DNA of 64,000 nt from an uncultured Gemmatimonadales bacterium (GTDB lineage: Bacteria > Gemmatimonadota > Gemmatimonadetes > Gemmatimonadales > GWC2-71-9), in NCBI GenBank assembly GCA_963695555.1, contig CAVOGR010000005.1, forward strand, positions 288,001-352,000, given 5' to 3'. Shown here in pieces: positions 54,966-63,986 of the stretch. Every line of letters begins with the position of its first letter. Positions within the stretch are counted from its first letter, which is position 1. The notes under the pieces were generated by a model that worked only from the letters and a program-made list of their open reading frames with translations, had not been told where the DNA came from and made no database searches. The position numbers were made by a program, and so were the translations under genes.

Positions 54966-56129
54966 ATGCCACTCGAGCCGCACCGTACGGTCCACGGTCT
55001 GCTTCGCCCGTCAGGCTACGCACTCGTCGCTGCCCTGGTGCTCGGGGCGATCGAAACCGTCAAGGGCTATGTGGCAGGCTTGTCGGCCCCCAACGAATTC
55101 GGGTGGGACGAGGCCCTGCTCACCAACATGCCTTGGTGGCTTCTCTGGGCGCTCATGGCTCCGCTCGTATTTTGGCTCGTGCGCGTCGTCCCGTTGCGGG
55201 GCCCCGGCCGCGCGCGCGCTGTTGCCGGTCATTTCGTTGTGTCACTTGGGCTCTCACTGAGTCACCTCATAGTTTCCGCCGCTGGAGTCTGGCTGGCCGT
55301 TGCCCGCGAGTTCACTTCTCTGCAGGGCGTCATTCGCGATTTCTTGGCGGGATACCTCGTGAGCGACCTGGTTACCTACTGGGCGCTGGTCGCGGCCTAC
55401 TCAACCTACGATTCCTACCATCGGCTCCGTGAGACCGAGCGCGAGCGCCATGACTTGGCACTTCGGGCCACTCGGCTCGAGGCAGAGGCGGCACAGCTCG
55501 AGGCTAAGATGACGGAGGCCCGGCTCGACGCCTTGCGGATGGAGTTGAATCCCCATTTCCTCTTCAATACGCTGAATACAGCCTCCGCTCTTACGCAGGA
55601 GGGCGACGGAGCCCTGGCAGTACAAGTGCTGGCCCGGCTCTCCGAACTTCTCCGCCGAACACTGTACGACAGCACCGAACACGAGATCCCGCTCGAGGAG
55701 GAGATGGACCTGCTCGAGCAGTATCTCGCCATCCAGCGGATCCGTTTTCGAGACCGCCTGACGGTCGACGTGCAGCTGGCCCCGGAGGTCCGGAATGCGC
55801 TCGTCCCGACCTTGATTCTCCAGCCCCTCGCGGAAAACGCGATGCTCCACGGCGTCTCGGCTGTCCGTGGGAAGGCCGAGTTGCAGGTTCAGGCAACCCA
55901 GGTCGACGGAGATGTCCTCAGGCTCACCATGCGCGATAGTGGCTCGGGTTTGGAACGAAACGCCGGGCCTCACCGCGAAGGGATCGGGCTTGGGAACACC
56001 CGGGACCGACTGGCTGCGCTCTATGGCGACAAGGCACGCCTTCTGCTGCGGAGCCCTACTCAGGGTGGGACGGAAGTGATCCTCACGATGCCTCTCCGGT
56101 GGGACGAGGACGTTCGTGTCAAACCTTGA
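54966..56129 (+). CDS. LytS-type sensor histidine kinase
   Basis: N-terminal TMs, LNPHFLFNTLN, LQPLAENAMLHG, GIGLGN. Confidence 0.9.
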   Translation: MPLEPHRTVHGLLRPSGYALVAALVLGAIETVKGYVAGLSAPNEFGWDEALLTNMPWWLLWALMAPLVFWLVRVVPLRGPGRARAVAGHFVVSLGLSLSHLIVSAAGVWLAVAREFTSLQGVIRDFLAGYLVSDLVTYWALVAAYSTYDSYHRLRETERERHDLALRATRLEAEAAQLEAKMTEARLDALRMELNPHFLFNTLNTASALTQEGDGALAVQVLARLSELLRRTLYDSTEHEIPLEEEMDLLEQYLAIQRIRFRDRLTVDVQLAPEVRNALVPTLILQPLAENAMLHGVSAVRGKAELQVQATQVDGDVLRLTMRDSGSGLERNAGPHREGIGLGNTRDRLAALYGDKARLLLRSPTQGGTEVILTMPLRWDEDVRVKP

Positions 56130-56904
56130 TCCGCCTGAGCTCCGGATCCTGATCGTCGATGACGAGCCCCTTGCGCGTCAGTTCGTGCGCCGCGTTCTCG
56201 AGAGCCTCCCCAGGGTCCGAGTCGTTGGGGAATGTACCGATGGGGTCACGGCCATACGAGAGATCCAGCAGGGGTCCGTGGACCTGGTCATGCTCGATGT
56301 CCAGATGCCAGAGGTGAGCGGCTTTGATGTCATCGAGCGGGTTGGTGCCGAGGCCATGCCTGAGGTCATCTTCGTGACAGCCCATGAGGAATACACTCTC
56401 AGGGCTTTCGAGGTTCATGCACTCGACTATGTCGTCAAGCCATTCGACCCGGCTCGTCTCACGTCCGCCGTCGAGCATGCCCGAAGCAGGATCATGCCGG
56501 CCGACGGCCGAGACTCATCCCTGCCCGACCGGCTCACCTCACTCCTGGAGGGGCGCACCGGACCGCGGTTAGCCCGATACGCCAGACGTTTGATGGTCCG
56601 GCAGGGCGAGCAAATCCAGTTCGTGCCGCTGGAAGAGGTCCAATGGTTCGAAGCCGCTCGAAACTATGTTCGACTCCACGTTGGTACGGAGACGCACCTG
56701 GTCCGTATGTCGCTCAAGGGGCTGCTTCCTCTTCTCGATCCGGCCCGCTTCGTCCGAGTCCACCGCTCGGCCGTGGTGAACCTCGATTGGATCCGCGAGG
56801 TCCAGCCCTGGTTCGGTGGCGACTACGTGGTGGCCCTCGTTGGAGGGGAAAAGCTCCGAGTGGGGCGCACGTTTCGGGACGGATTGCTCAAACTAGCCCA
56901 CTGA
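56116..56904 (+). CDS. LytTR-family response regulator
   Basis: IVDDEPLAR, LDVQMP, DYVVKP, FVRVHRSAVVN. Confidence 0.92.
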   Translation: MSNLDPPELRILIVDDEPLARQFVRRVLESLPRVRVVGECTDGVTAIREIQQGSVDLVMLDVQMPEVSGFDVIERVGAEAMPEVIFVTAHEEYTLRAFEVHALDYVVKPFDPARLTSAVEHARSRIMPADGRDSSLPDRLTSLLEGRTGPRLARYARRLMVRQGEQIQFVPLEEVQWFEAARNYVRLHVGTETHLVRMSLKGLLPLLDPARFVRVHRSAVVNLDWIREVQPWFGGDYVVALVGGEKLRVGRTFRDGLLKLAH

Positions 56905-56941
56905 GTACAGCGCTGAGCGCGGCGCCTGCGTGGGCCCGCGC

Positions 56942-57907
56942 TCAGCTGCTTCGCTGCCGAGCCCCCTTCTTGTAGAACTGGGCTTCTTTGGCGTACCCGG
57001 CCGTGAGAGCGGAGATTCGCTCGAGGGCCGGTGCGCCGGCCTGCTGGAACTCGGCGGCAATGGCTACGTTTTCCTCCAGCTGCTCGATAGTGTCACATCC
57101 GACGATCACCGTACTCACCGGTTGGGAGAGGACCCAGTGCATGGCCTCCCGCATTGAATTGAGCCCACCCTCGCGGAACAGCCTGCCCCGGGCCGGGATC
57201 TTCATGGCAATGACCCCCATGTTCTTCTGATTCGCGAGCGGGAGCAGCCCGTCAGTGAATGGGAGATAGTGCGGGTCGGCGGCATTGAGCGCCATGAGGA
57301 TGGTATCGAACTCGAAATCGCTGATGGCCTGCATGAGCACGGCCGGATCGTAGTGCCCGGTTACGCCGAGGAACCGCACCAATCCCTCTCGACGGGCTCG
57401 TTGCAGAGCCTCCAGCGCGCCACCCGGACCGCGAATCTGGTCCCACTCGTCGGCTCGTCCGAGCCGATGGAGCTGCCAGAGATCGAGATGGTCGGTCTGG
57501 AGCAGCCGGAGGCTCTCGTCGAGGAGCCGCATCGAGCCGTCGTAGGTCCGGTCGTGCGTCTTGCTCGCGAGGAATACCTCGCGGCGGCGCGTCGCCATCA
57601 CGTCGCCGATATAGCGTTGACTCAGTCCCCGGCCATAGGCCGCGGCCGTGTCGATGTAGTTGACGCCAAGGTCGATGGCCCGGTGGATGATGGCGACCGA
57701 TTCGTCCCGTTTGCCTGCCTGCTCGAGGGTGGCCTGACCTCCCAGGCTGAACAGCTTGACATCATGCCCGGTCCGTCCGAGCGGCCTGGTCGGCATGAGC
57801 GCGCTTGATTCGGTCGCGAAGCCGGCCTTGGCCTGGAGGAACACCGCGGCCGCACCCGCGGCCCCGACCTTCACGAAGTCCCGTCTGTTCAGCTCGTGCT
57901 CCGTCAT
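56942..57907 (-). CDS. Aldo/keto reductase with Tat-like signal
   Basis: NRRDFVK twin-arginine motif, LGRTG, DTAAAYG, SLRLLQTDHLDLWQLH. Confidence 0.88.
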   Translation of the reverse strand: MTEHELNRRDFVKVGAAGAAAVFLQAKAGFATESSALMPTRPLGRTGHDVKLFSLGGQATLEQAGKRDESVAIIHRAIDLGVNYIDTAAAYGRGLSQRYIGDVMATRRREVFLASKTHDRTYDGSMRLLDESLRLLQTDHLDLWQLHRLGRADEWDQIRGPGGALEALQRARREGLVRFLGVTGHYDPAVLMQAISDFEFDTILMALNAADPHYLPFTDGLLPLANQKNMGVIAMKIPARGRLFREGGLNSMREAMHWVLSQPVSTVIVGCDTIEQLEENVAIAAEFQQAGAPALERISALTAGYAKEAQFYKKGARQRSS

Positions 57908-58139
57908 GACCGCCTCCGTGCGGCGAGTATTGGCCCCACTGCTGGCTACGAAGCCCCCTCGAGCCCAATCATTTCCCGGTCCACGTTAAGCGGTCATGAA
58001 ATCCGCATGAAGGGACCAGCCGTGTCCGGATCCTGGGCTGCGGCCTGGTTCTCCCGTCGTTACATTCACGGCGGGAGAATCACCGTTGGATGCCGAATGC
58101 CTCCTGGCCTCCGGTATCAATCACCACGGAGTCTTGACC

Positions 58140-58565
58140 ATGGGAAAGACGTATCAATCCATCGTGATCGACGCTCCTGCCGACCGCGTGTGGAAGACGA
58201 TCCGCAACTTTCACGACCTGAGCTGGTGTCCGAATGTGATCACCAAGGTCGAGCCGGTGGGGGACGTGCCCGGAGACCACGTCGGTGCCAAGCGGGTGCT
58301 CAATGGGGCATTTCATGAAACCTTGCAGGAGCTGAAGGACGAGGGGCGGACCTTCGCGTACTCGATCACCGATGGTCCGTCCCCGGTGTCCAAGGCCGAG
58401 GTGAGTAACTATGTGGGCCGGGTGACCGTCCGACCCATTACCCAAGGGGGTGGCACGTTTGTCGAGTGGTCGTCCAGCTGGAAGAAGAACGACCAGGCCG
58501 CACACGAATTCTGCCACACCATCTATTGCGCGCTGTTGGGCGAGATGAAACAGAGCCTCGAGTAG
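58140..58565 (+). CDS. SRPBCC (polyketide cyclase 2) family protein
   Basis: IDAPADRVW..F..W, VGAKRVL, YSI, TFVEW. Confidence 0.8.
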   Translation: MGKTYQSIVIDAPADRVWKTIRNFHDLSWCPNVITKVEPVGDVPGDHVGAKRVLNGAFHETLQELKDEGRTFAYSITDGPSPVSKAEVSNYVGRVTVRPITQGGGTFVEWSSSWKKNDQAAHEFCHTIYCALLGEMKQSLE

Positions 58566-58574
58566 GGACGGCGC

Positions 58575-59642
58575 ATGAAGGTCTCACGCCGGCTCTCGTT
58601 CCTGGATCGATACCTGACCCTGTGGATTTTCCTCGCCATGGGGTTCGGCATCGCGATCGGTTATCTGGTCCCCGGCGCACCTGCATTGATCGAGCGCTAT
58701 CAGATCGGCACTACCAATATCCCGATCGCGATCGGCTTGATCCTCATGATGTACCCGCCCCTGGCCAAGGTCCGCTACGAGGCCCTCGGCCACGTGTTCC
58801 GGAACCGCCGGATCCTCGCCTTGTCCTTGTTCCAGAATTGGGTCGTCGGCCCGGTGGTTATGTTTTTGCTGGCGATCCTCCTGCTCCGCGACTTACCCGA
58901 GTACGCGGTGGGCCTCATCCTGGTGGGCCTCGCACGGTGCATCGCGATGGTCCTGGTGTGGAACGACTTGGCATCGGGCGACCGCGACCTCGTGGCCGGG
59001 CTGGTGGCATTGAACGCCATCTTCCAGGTGCTGTTCTACGGGGTGTACGCCTACATCTTCATCACCGTGCTCCCGCCGCTCTTCGGAATGGAGGGGGCCA
59101 TCGTGCCGGTGACGATCGGCGAGATTGCCCAGAGTGTGGCGATATACTTGGGCATCCCGTTTGTCGCCGGCTTGATCTCCCGCTTGAGCCTAATCCGCGC
59201 CAGAGGAAGGGAGTGGTACGAGCGGGTGTTCGTTCCAAAGATCAGTCCGATTACGCTGGTGGCCCTGCTCTTTACCATCGTGGTGATGTTCTCGCTCAAG
59301 GGCGACCTGATCGTCGAGCTCCCACTCGACGTGCTCCGCATCGCGCTGCCGCTGGCCATCTACTTCGTCGTCATGTTCTTCCTCACCTTCTTCGTGGCCC
59401 GTGGCAAGCTGGTCAAGGCGGGGTATGCCGAGAACGCCACCGTGTCATTGACGGCCGCGAGCAACGACTTCGAACTCGCGATCGCGGTGGCGGTGGCCGT
59501 GTTCGGTATCGGGTCGGGTGTGGCCTTCGCGACGGTCATCGGGCCGCTGGTGGAGGTGCCGGTCCTGATCGGGCTGGTCAACGTGGCCCTCTACTTCCGC
59601 CGGAAGTTCTACCGTGCCGAGGCGAGCGCGGGGGTCAGCTAG
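58575..59642 (+). CDS. acr3: Acr3 arsenite efflux transporter
   Basis: [44 protein letters not shown]. Confidence 0.92.
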   Translation: MKVSRRLSFLDRYLTLWIFLAMGFGIAIGYLVPGAPALIERYQIGTTNIPIAIGLILMMYPPLAKVRYEALGHVFRNRRILALSLFQNWVVGPVVMFLLAILLLRDLPEYAVGLILVGLARCIAMVLVWNDLASGDRDLVAGLVALNAIFQVLFYGVYAYIFITVLPPLFGMEGAIVPVTIGEIAQSVAIYLGIPFVAGLISRLSLIRARGREWYERVFVPKISPITLVALLFTIVVMFSLKGDLIVELPLDVLRIALPLAIYFVVMFFLTFFVARGKLVKAGYAENATVSLTAASNDFELAIAVAVAVFGIGSGVAFATVIGPLVEVPVLIGLVNVALYFRRKFYRAEASAGVS

Positions 59643-59906
59643 CCGCTGATCGCCCCGGCAGAGGGCTCCCGCCATTCCCAGGTGATGATTTGGTGTGCGA
59701 GCTTGACGCCAAACTAGAGGCTGAATTGGACCCATCATGATGTACCACAGTGTGTTACGCCACTATACGTCACCTAGATTCTCAGGTCAACCGGCTTGAG
59801 AGGGGTGTGGATGGCATCGTGTTGGCTGTGCGCTACCATCGACTGGTGCGCCAGCGCGATAATCTTTGGCCCAAATGGTGAAAGAAACTGCAGTCGCGAC
59901 AAGGAG

Positions 59907-59935
59907 TTGACAGGCGGCAACCTCTTGTAGATATT
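59907..59935 (+). promoter_or_regulatory. Candidate sigma70 promoter of lasso precursor
   Basis: Perfect TTGACA 59907-12, 17-nt spacer, GATATT 59930-35 (4/6). Confidence 0.45.
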
Positions 59936-60052
59936 GTAGTTGGACGCAGCGATATCAAAGTCTTCGTTGGTCTGGGTCACTCGGTCCGGTACTTGCAACC
60001 AAGCAATATCCGCACACATGTGTGACGTACCTTTCGGCCGCAAGGAGGCAGT

Positions 60053-60172
60053 GTGAATCACAAGACTTCGAAGACCAAGTGGGAAAGACCTCGTATGGAG
60101 GTCAAGCCGCTCGAGGACACTCGTGCTGGAAAAGGCGTTCAGAACGATGGTCAATTCGAGTTGCAGAGCTAG
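60053..60172 (+). CDS. Lasso peptide precursor A (39 aa), not in ORF track
   Basis: AAGGAGG at 60042-48, GTG start; MNHKTSKTKWERPRMEVKPLEDTR-AGKGVQNDGQFELQS*; WxxP leader motif, Thr at -2, Asp8, C-terminal Ser. Confidence 0.9.
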   Translation: MNHKTSKTKWERPRMEVKPLEDTRAGKGVQNDGQFELQS

Positions 60173-60195
60173 GTAGCCTGGATTCATCGAGGCTG

Positions 60196-60230
60196 AGCGT
60201 CCCCCCGGGAAGCCGGGGGGACGCTTTTTT
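60196..60230 (+). terminator. Rho-independent terminator after precursor
   Basis: Perfect 13-bp stem AGCGTCCCCCCGG/CCGGGGGGACGCT, GAAG loop, T run. Confidence 0.9.
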
Positions 60231-60334
60231 CTGTATGCCAGCCGGTCGTGGTGCACCAAGCGGGGTGGGGTCCGTATCTTGCTTACTTCGCCTTGGTCCC
60301 CCCACGTCCCTTTCCCGAGGTATGGCAGGAGCGA

Positions 60335-61237
60335 ATGTCGGATTGGACTGACTACCGGTATGCCGGGCTCAGAGTCCGCTCATGCGTTGAGCTTCCTGGT
60401 GTCGAGCGCCTGGCCACCGGGCCCGACGCGGATGTGACTGTCACATGGGCCGCTGTTCCCCCGGTTTCGACTCCCCGGAACCTTCCGGAGGCGTGGGGCA
60501 TGGTGGGTGATACGTTGGTAATCACGGTCAAAGACGTGGGCCGGTTCGCAGTGTCTTCTGATGGGCAAGTCGTGGTGGATCCCGTCCACGGCGCCCGCCC
60601 CGCCGACCTGGCGCTCTACGTGATGGGTCCTGTATTCGGGGCGGTCTGTCATCGGCACGGGATATTACCGCTCCACGCCAGTGCCGTTCATATCGGCAAC
60701 GCCTGCGTGGCGTTTGCCGGACACTCAGGAGCGGGAAAATCGACGCTGGCCGGGTTTCTGACGCGCCGCGGCTTCGGCCTGGTGGCCGACGATATCTGTG
60801 TCGTGGCTCCCGGAGATGAACTGGCCGTCTGGCCCGGCCCGCCTCGCCTCAAGTTGAGCACCGTCGGCCTGGAGGCGATGGATGAGGATTGGACCGTGCT
60901 GGCACATGCGGGCGGTACTCGGGAGCGATACCAACTCACCCGCGAGCGCGATGGCGGCAGCTCCGATCCCGTCCCCCTGCACCGGCTCTACGTCATGGCA
61001 CAGGGCCCGGAACTCCGATTAGAACCAGTCACCGGACTGGATGCCGTCCAGGCGGTCACCAGCCAGACGTACTGTTTGGGCTTTGTGGACGCGCTGGGCG
61101 TCTCGGCACGTCATTTTCAGTTGAGTGTGAATGTGGCGAAGCGATTGGAGATCCGGCGGCTCATCAGGCCGCTGGGCTTTCAGCACATGGATCGAATACT
61201 CCACATGCTCGAGTCTGATTGGCAGGAGGGCGCTTGA
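60335..61237 (+). CDS. HPr-kinase-like lasso peptide kinase
   Basis: PLHASAV, Walker A GHSGAGKST, ADD; lies between precursor and B1. Confidence 0.85.
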   Translation: MSDWTDYRYAGLRVRSCVELPGVERLATGPDADVTVTWAAVPPVSTPRNLPEAWGMVGDTLVITVKDVGRFAVSSDGQVVVDPVHGARPADLALYVMGPVFGAVCHRHGILPLHASAVHIGNACVAFAGHSGAGKSTLAGFLTRRGFGLVADDICVVAPGDELAVWPGPPRLKLSTVGLEAMDEDWTVLAHAGGTRERYQLTRERDGGSSDPVPLHRLYVMAQGPELRLEPVTGLDAVQAVTSQTYCLGFVDALGVSARHFQLSVNVAKRLEIRRLIRPLGFQHMDRILHMLESDWQEGA

Positions 61238-61275
61238 CCCGTCATACCCACCGACGATCTGGAAGGGAGAAAAGC

Positions 61276-61605
61276 GTGAACGGCATTTCGAAGATTAGTC
61301 CCGCGGCCGTGTTGGTCCGGAACGACGAGCCGGTGTCGGTTGAAGTCGAACGCAGCGTCGTGATGATGAGCCTGGACCTCGGCAAGTACTTCGGGTTGAA
61401 CGAGGTCGGGAGCAGGATTTGGGAGCTGCTCGAACGGCCGCGCCCGATGGCCGATCTGTGTGCCGTGCTGCAGCAGGAGTTCGACGTGGACCCCGATGCC
61501 TGCCACGCAGAGGTGAGCGAGTTCCTCCTGGCCCTGGCCAACGAGGGCCTGATCCAGATCGACAATGACCCGCCTAGCCCGATTCGTCAGACTCCCAAGC
61601 CCTGA
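61276..61605 (+). CDS. PqqD-family RiPP recognition element (lasso B1)
   Basis: VMMSLDLGKYFGLNEVGSRIWELL..EFDVD..FL..L..EGLI; GGGAG SD. Confidence 0.9.
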   Translation: MNGISKISPAAVLVRNDEPVSVEVERSVVMMSLDLGKYFGLNEVGSRIWELLERPRPMADLCAVLQQEFDVDPDACHAEVSEFLLALANEGLIQIDNDPPSPIRQTPKP

Positions 61606-62002
61606 TCGCGGGGCGCTGATCGAGGCAGCCCTCGCCCTGGGACTCTCGAGCCTGCTCATTCGGACGGTCGGCTTCTCCCGGATCGCTCGTCGGCTTGGTC
61701 GGCACATGGCGGAAGGGCCGACAGCCGTTACGCCCGAGTCGGTGTCGGACGCGGCTCGCGTCAAGTGGGCGGTCGATACGGCGGCGCGGGTACTTCCCTG
61801 GAAGCCGGTCTGCTTGCCCCAGGCAATAGCGGCAACGCTGATGCTGAAGCGACGGAACGTTGCCAGCACACTCTATCTTGGCGTGGACCCCGCGCGGGCG
61901 CTCGACGCTCACGCCTGGGTACGAGTTGGCGAGATGACGGTCACCGGAGGCCCGGTGGACCAACGCTTCGCCGTGGTCTCGACCTTTGCGCGCCCGGGGT
62001 GA
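61565..62002 (+). CDS. Lasso peptide leader peptidase B2
   Basis: CLPQAIA catalytic Cys, LYLGV, AHAWV catalytic His. Confidence 0.9.
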   Translation: MTRLARFVRLPSPDRGALIEAALALGLSSLLIRTVGFSRIARRLGRHMAEGPTAVTPESVSDAARVKWAVDTAARVLPWKPVCLPQAIAATLMLKRRNVASTLYLGVDPARALDAHAWVRVGEMTVTGGPVDQRFAVVSTFARPG

Positions 62003-62039
62003 TGCCCAATGCCCCGATGGAACAACTCGTGACCGCCTC

Positions 62040-63986
62040 ATGAGCGGAATCTGTGGATTCCTCTACCACGACGATCGTCCGGTGCCGCGGGAGCCCGTCC
62101 ACCGGATGCTCGATGCCCTGACGTCCTGGGGTGACGGCCCCACGGAAGCCTGGGTGGCGGAGAGCGGAGATCCGCCAGTGGGCCTTGGGTGCCGGGTGAT
62201 GCGGGTGACGCCCGAGGACATGTTCGAACGCCAGCCGCTCCGATCGCGGGACGGCCAGCTGGTACTGGTGGCAGATGCGCGGATCGACAATCGCGCCGAG
62301 TTGGCCTCGGCGCTGGGGCTGGGCCAGAGCGCAGAACTCCCTGACAGCGCCTATATCCTGGCCGCCTACGAGGCGTGGGGAGATGCCGCTCCCGAGCGCC
62401 TCTTGGGCGATTTTGCCTTTGCCCTGTGGGACGCTCGGCGACGCTCCCTTATTTGCGCGCGGGATCACATGGGTCAGCGAGTCCTGTTCTACCACGCGAT
62501 CCCTACTGCACTGGCCGTGGCGTCCTCCATCCCTGCACTGTTGGCGTTGCCGCACGTGGTGCCAAGGCTGAATGAACAGAAGGTCGCCGAATCCCTCGTA
62601 TCGATCCAGGAAGCTGGAACCACCTTCTACCAAGACGTGCGACGCCTACCTCCGGGTCACCTCCTGGTGGCCACAGCTGATAGCCTCGTCACACACCAGT
62701 ACTGGAGTCCGGAGCCAACCACACGGATCGTGTTGGGCTCCGATCGTGAATACGAAGAGGCATTCCTGGACGTGTTCGGCGCCGCAGTCGGTGCCCGGCT
62801 TCGGTCGAGCGGCCCGGTCGGGATCATGTTGAGTGGCGGGTTGGACTCATCGGCCGTCGCGGCCGTCGCGGCAAAGCAGCTCCGGGCTCAGGGCCGTCGC
62901 TTGACGGCGTTTCACGCCGCACCGCGGTTGGGGTTCCAGGGCAAGGCGCAGTCGGGGTGGATTCCGGATGAATCGGATGATGTGCACGCCATTGCGGCCG
63001 TGCACGAGAACCTCGATGTGACGGTGTGCCGCCCGGATGGCCGGACCCCACTCGATCAGATCGAGGCTCACTTTGCGTTGCTGGGGGCGCCCATCCGCAA
63101 TGCCAGCAACCTTCCCTGGGTGGAAGCGATTCAGGAACAGGCACGAGACCGTGGCATCCGGGTATTGTTGAACGGGCAGAAGGGGAACGCGACGATCAGC
63201 TTCTCCGGCCTCCGAACGCTGCGGGAGACTGCGGTCCGGCTCCGCTGGCGTCAGCTGTATCGTGAACTCAGGGCTGCGTCCGCGCGTGGCAAGCGGCCGG
63301 TCGAGATGCTCAAGCATCAAGTGGTGCTCCCGCTCGTTCCACCCGTGCTCCTCAAGGGCTACGGCCGCCTACGGGGCAGCCGGCCCGAGCCCATCTGGAC
63401 CCGCATGTGCTCGGGCATCAATCCCGCGTTCGCCGCCGAGTGGAAGCTCGAAGAGCTGGCGCGGGAGCGGGGACGAGACGCGATGACCCACATGCGGGCG
63501 TCCGCAACCGACTACCGCGTGCAGGTGCTCACGGCCACCGGCGACGGGCCGGATATTCCGCACACGTTTCGGGCACGCTACGGCGTTGAAGGTCGCGACC
63601 CGACGGTTGACGTGCGGGTCGTCGAGTTTTGTCTGGCGATTCCGGGGTCACAGTATCTGCGCGACGGCCGGGACCGGTGGCTCATTCGGAGGGCTATGGC
63701 GTCACGGCTTCCCGAGCGCGTGGTACACCGGACCACCCGCGGTGCTCAGTCCGCCGACTGGAGCGAATGGTTCGGTACCATGCGGGGCGAGATCGAGGCA
63801 GAGCTCGGGCGATTGGAGCGCTCTGACACGGCGCAGCGATGTCTCGACCTGCCGCGCTTGCGAGGACTGGTCGATCGCTGGCCGGGCGCGCTCGGACCCG
63901 AGCACCAGGCCGACTACGCCCTGACTCTGCTCAACGCCATCGTGATGGGGCGGTTCATCCGGTGGTTTGAGGAGCGGTACGCGTGA
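62040..63986 (+). CDS. Lasso peptide cyclase C (asparagine synthetase-like)
   Basis: MSGICG (no N-terminal nucleophile Cys), DARIDNR, GDFAFALWD, RDHMG, LSGGLDSS, RDPTVD. Confidence 0.9.
   Translation: MSGICGFLYHDDRPVPREPVHRMLDALTSWGDGPTEAWVAESGDPPVGLGCRVMRVTPEDMFERQPLRSRDGQLVLVADARIDNRAELASALGLGQSAELPDSAYILAAYEAWGDAAPERLLGDFAFALWDARRRSLICARDHMGQRVLFYHAIPTALAVASSIPALLALPHVVPRLNEQKVAESLVSIQEAGTTFYQDVRRLPPGHLLVATADSLVTHQYWSPEPTTRIVLGSDREYEEAFLDVFGAAVGARLRSSGPVGIMLSGGLDSSAVAAVAAKQLRAQGRRLTAFHAAPRLGFQGKAQSGWIPDESDDVHAIAAVHENLDVTVCRPDGRTPLDQIEAHFALLGAPIRNASNLPWVEAIQEQARDRGIRVLLNGQKGNATISFSGLRTLRETAVRLRWRQLYRELRAASARGKRPVEMLKHQVVLPLVPPVLLKGYGRLRGSRPEPIWTRMCSGINPAFAAEWKLEELARERGRDAMTHMRASATDYRVQVLTATGDGPDIPHTFRARYGVEGRDPTVDVRVVEFCLAIPGSQYLRDGRDRWLIRRAMASRLPERVVHRTTRGAQSADWSEWFGTMRGEIEAELGRLERSDTAQRCLDLPRLRGLVDRWPGALGPEHQADYALTLLNAIVMGRFIRWFEERYA

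Noticed and set aside
59812..59827. Sigma54-like TGGCATCGTGTTGGCT upstream of the lasso precursor
   Set aside because: GG-N10-GC spacing fits but the -12 element is imperfect and no activator is nearby; insufficient evidence
60022..60351. Listed ORFs over the precursor region (60022-60351 +, 59774-60259 -, 60102-60305 -)
   Set aside because: No recognisable motifs; they cross the terminator and overlap the better-supported precursor ORF
61276..61605. PQQ biosynthesis (pqqD)
   Set aside because: No pqqB/C/E nearby; context indicates a lasso RRE
62040..63986. Housekeeping asparagine synthetase AsnB
   Set aside because: Lacks the N-terminal catalytic Cys and sits with B1, B2 and a precursor, so a lasso cyclase fits better
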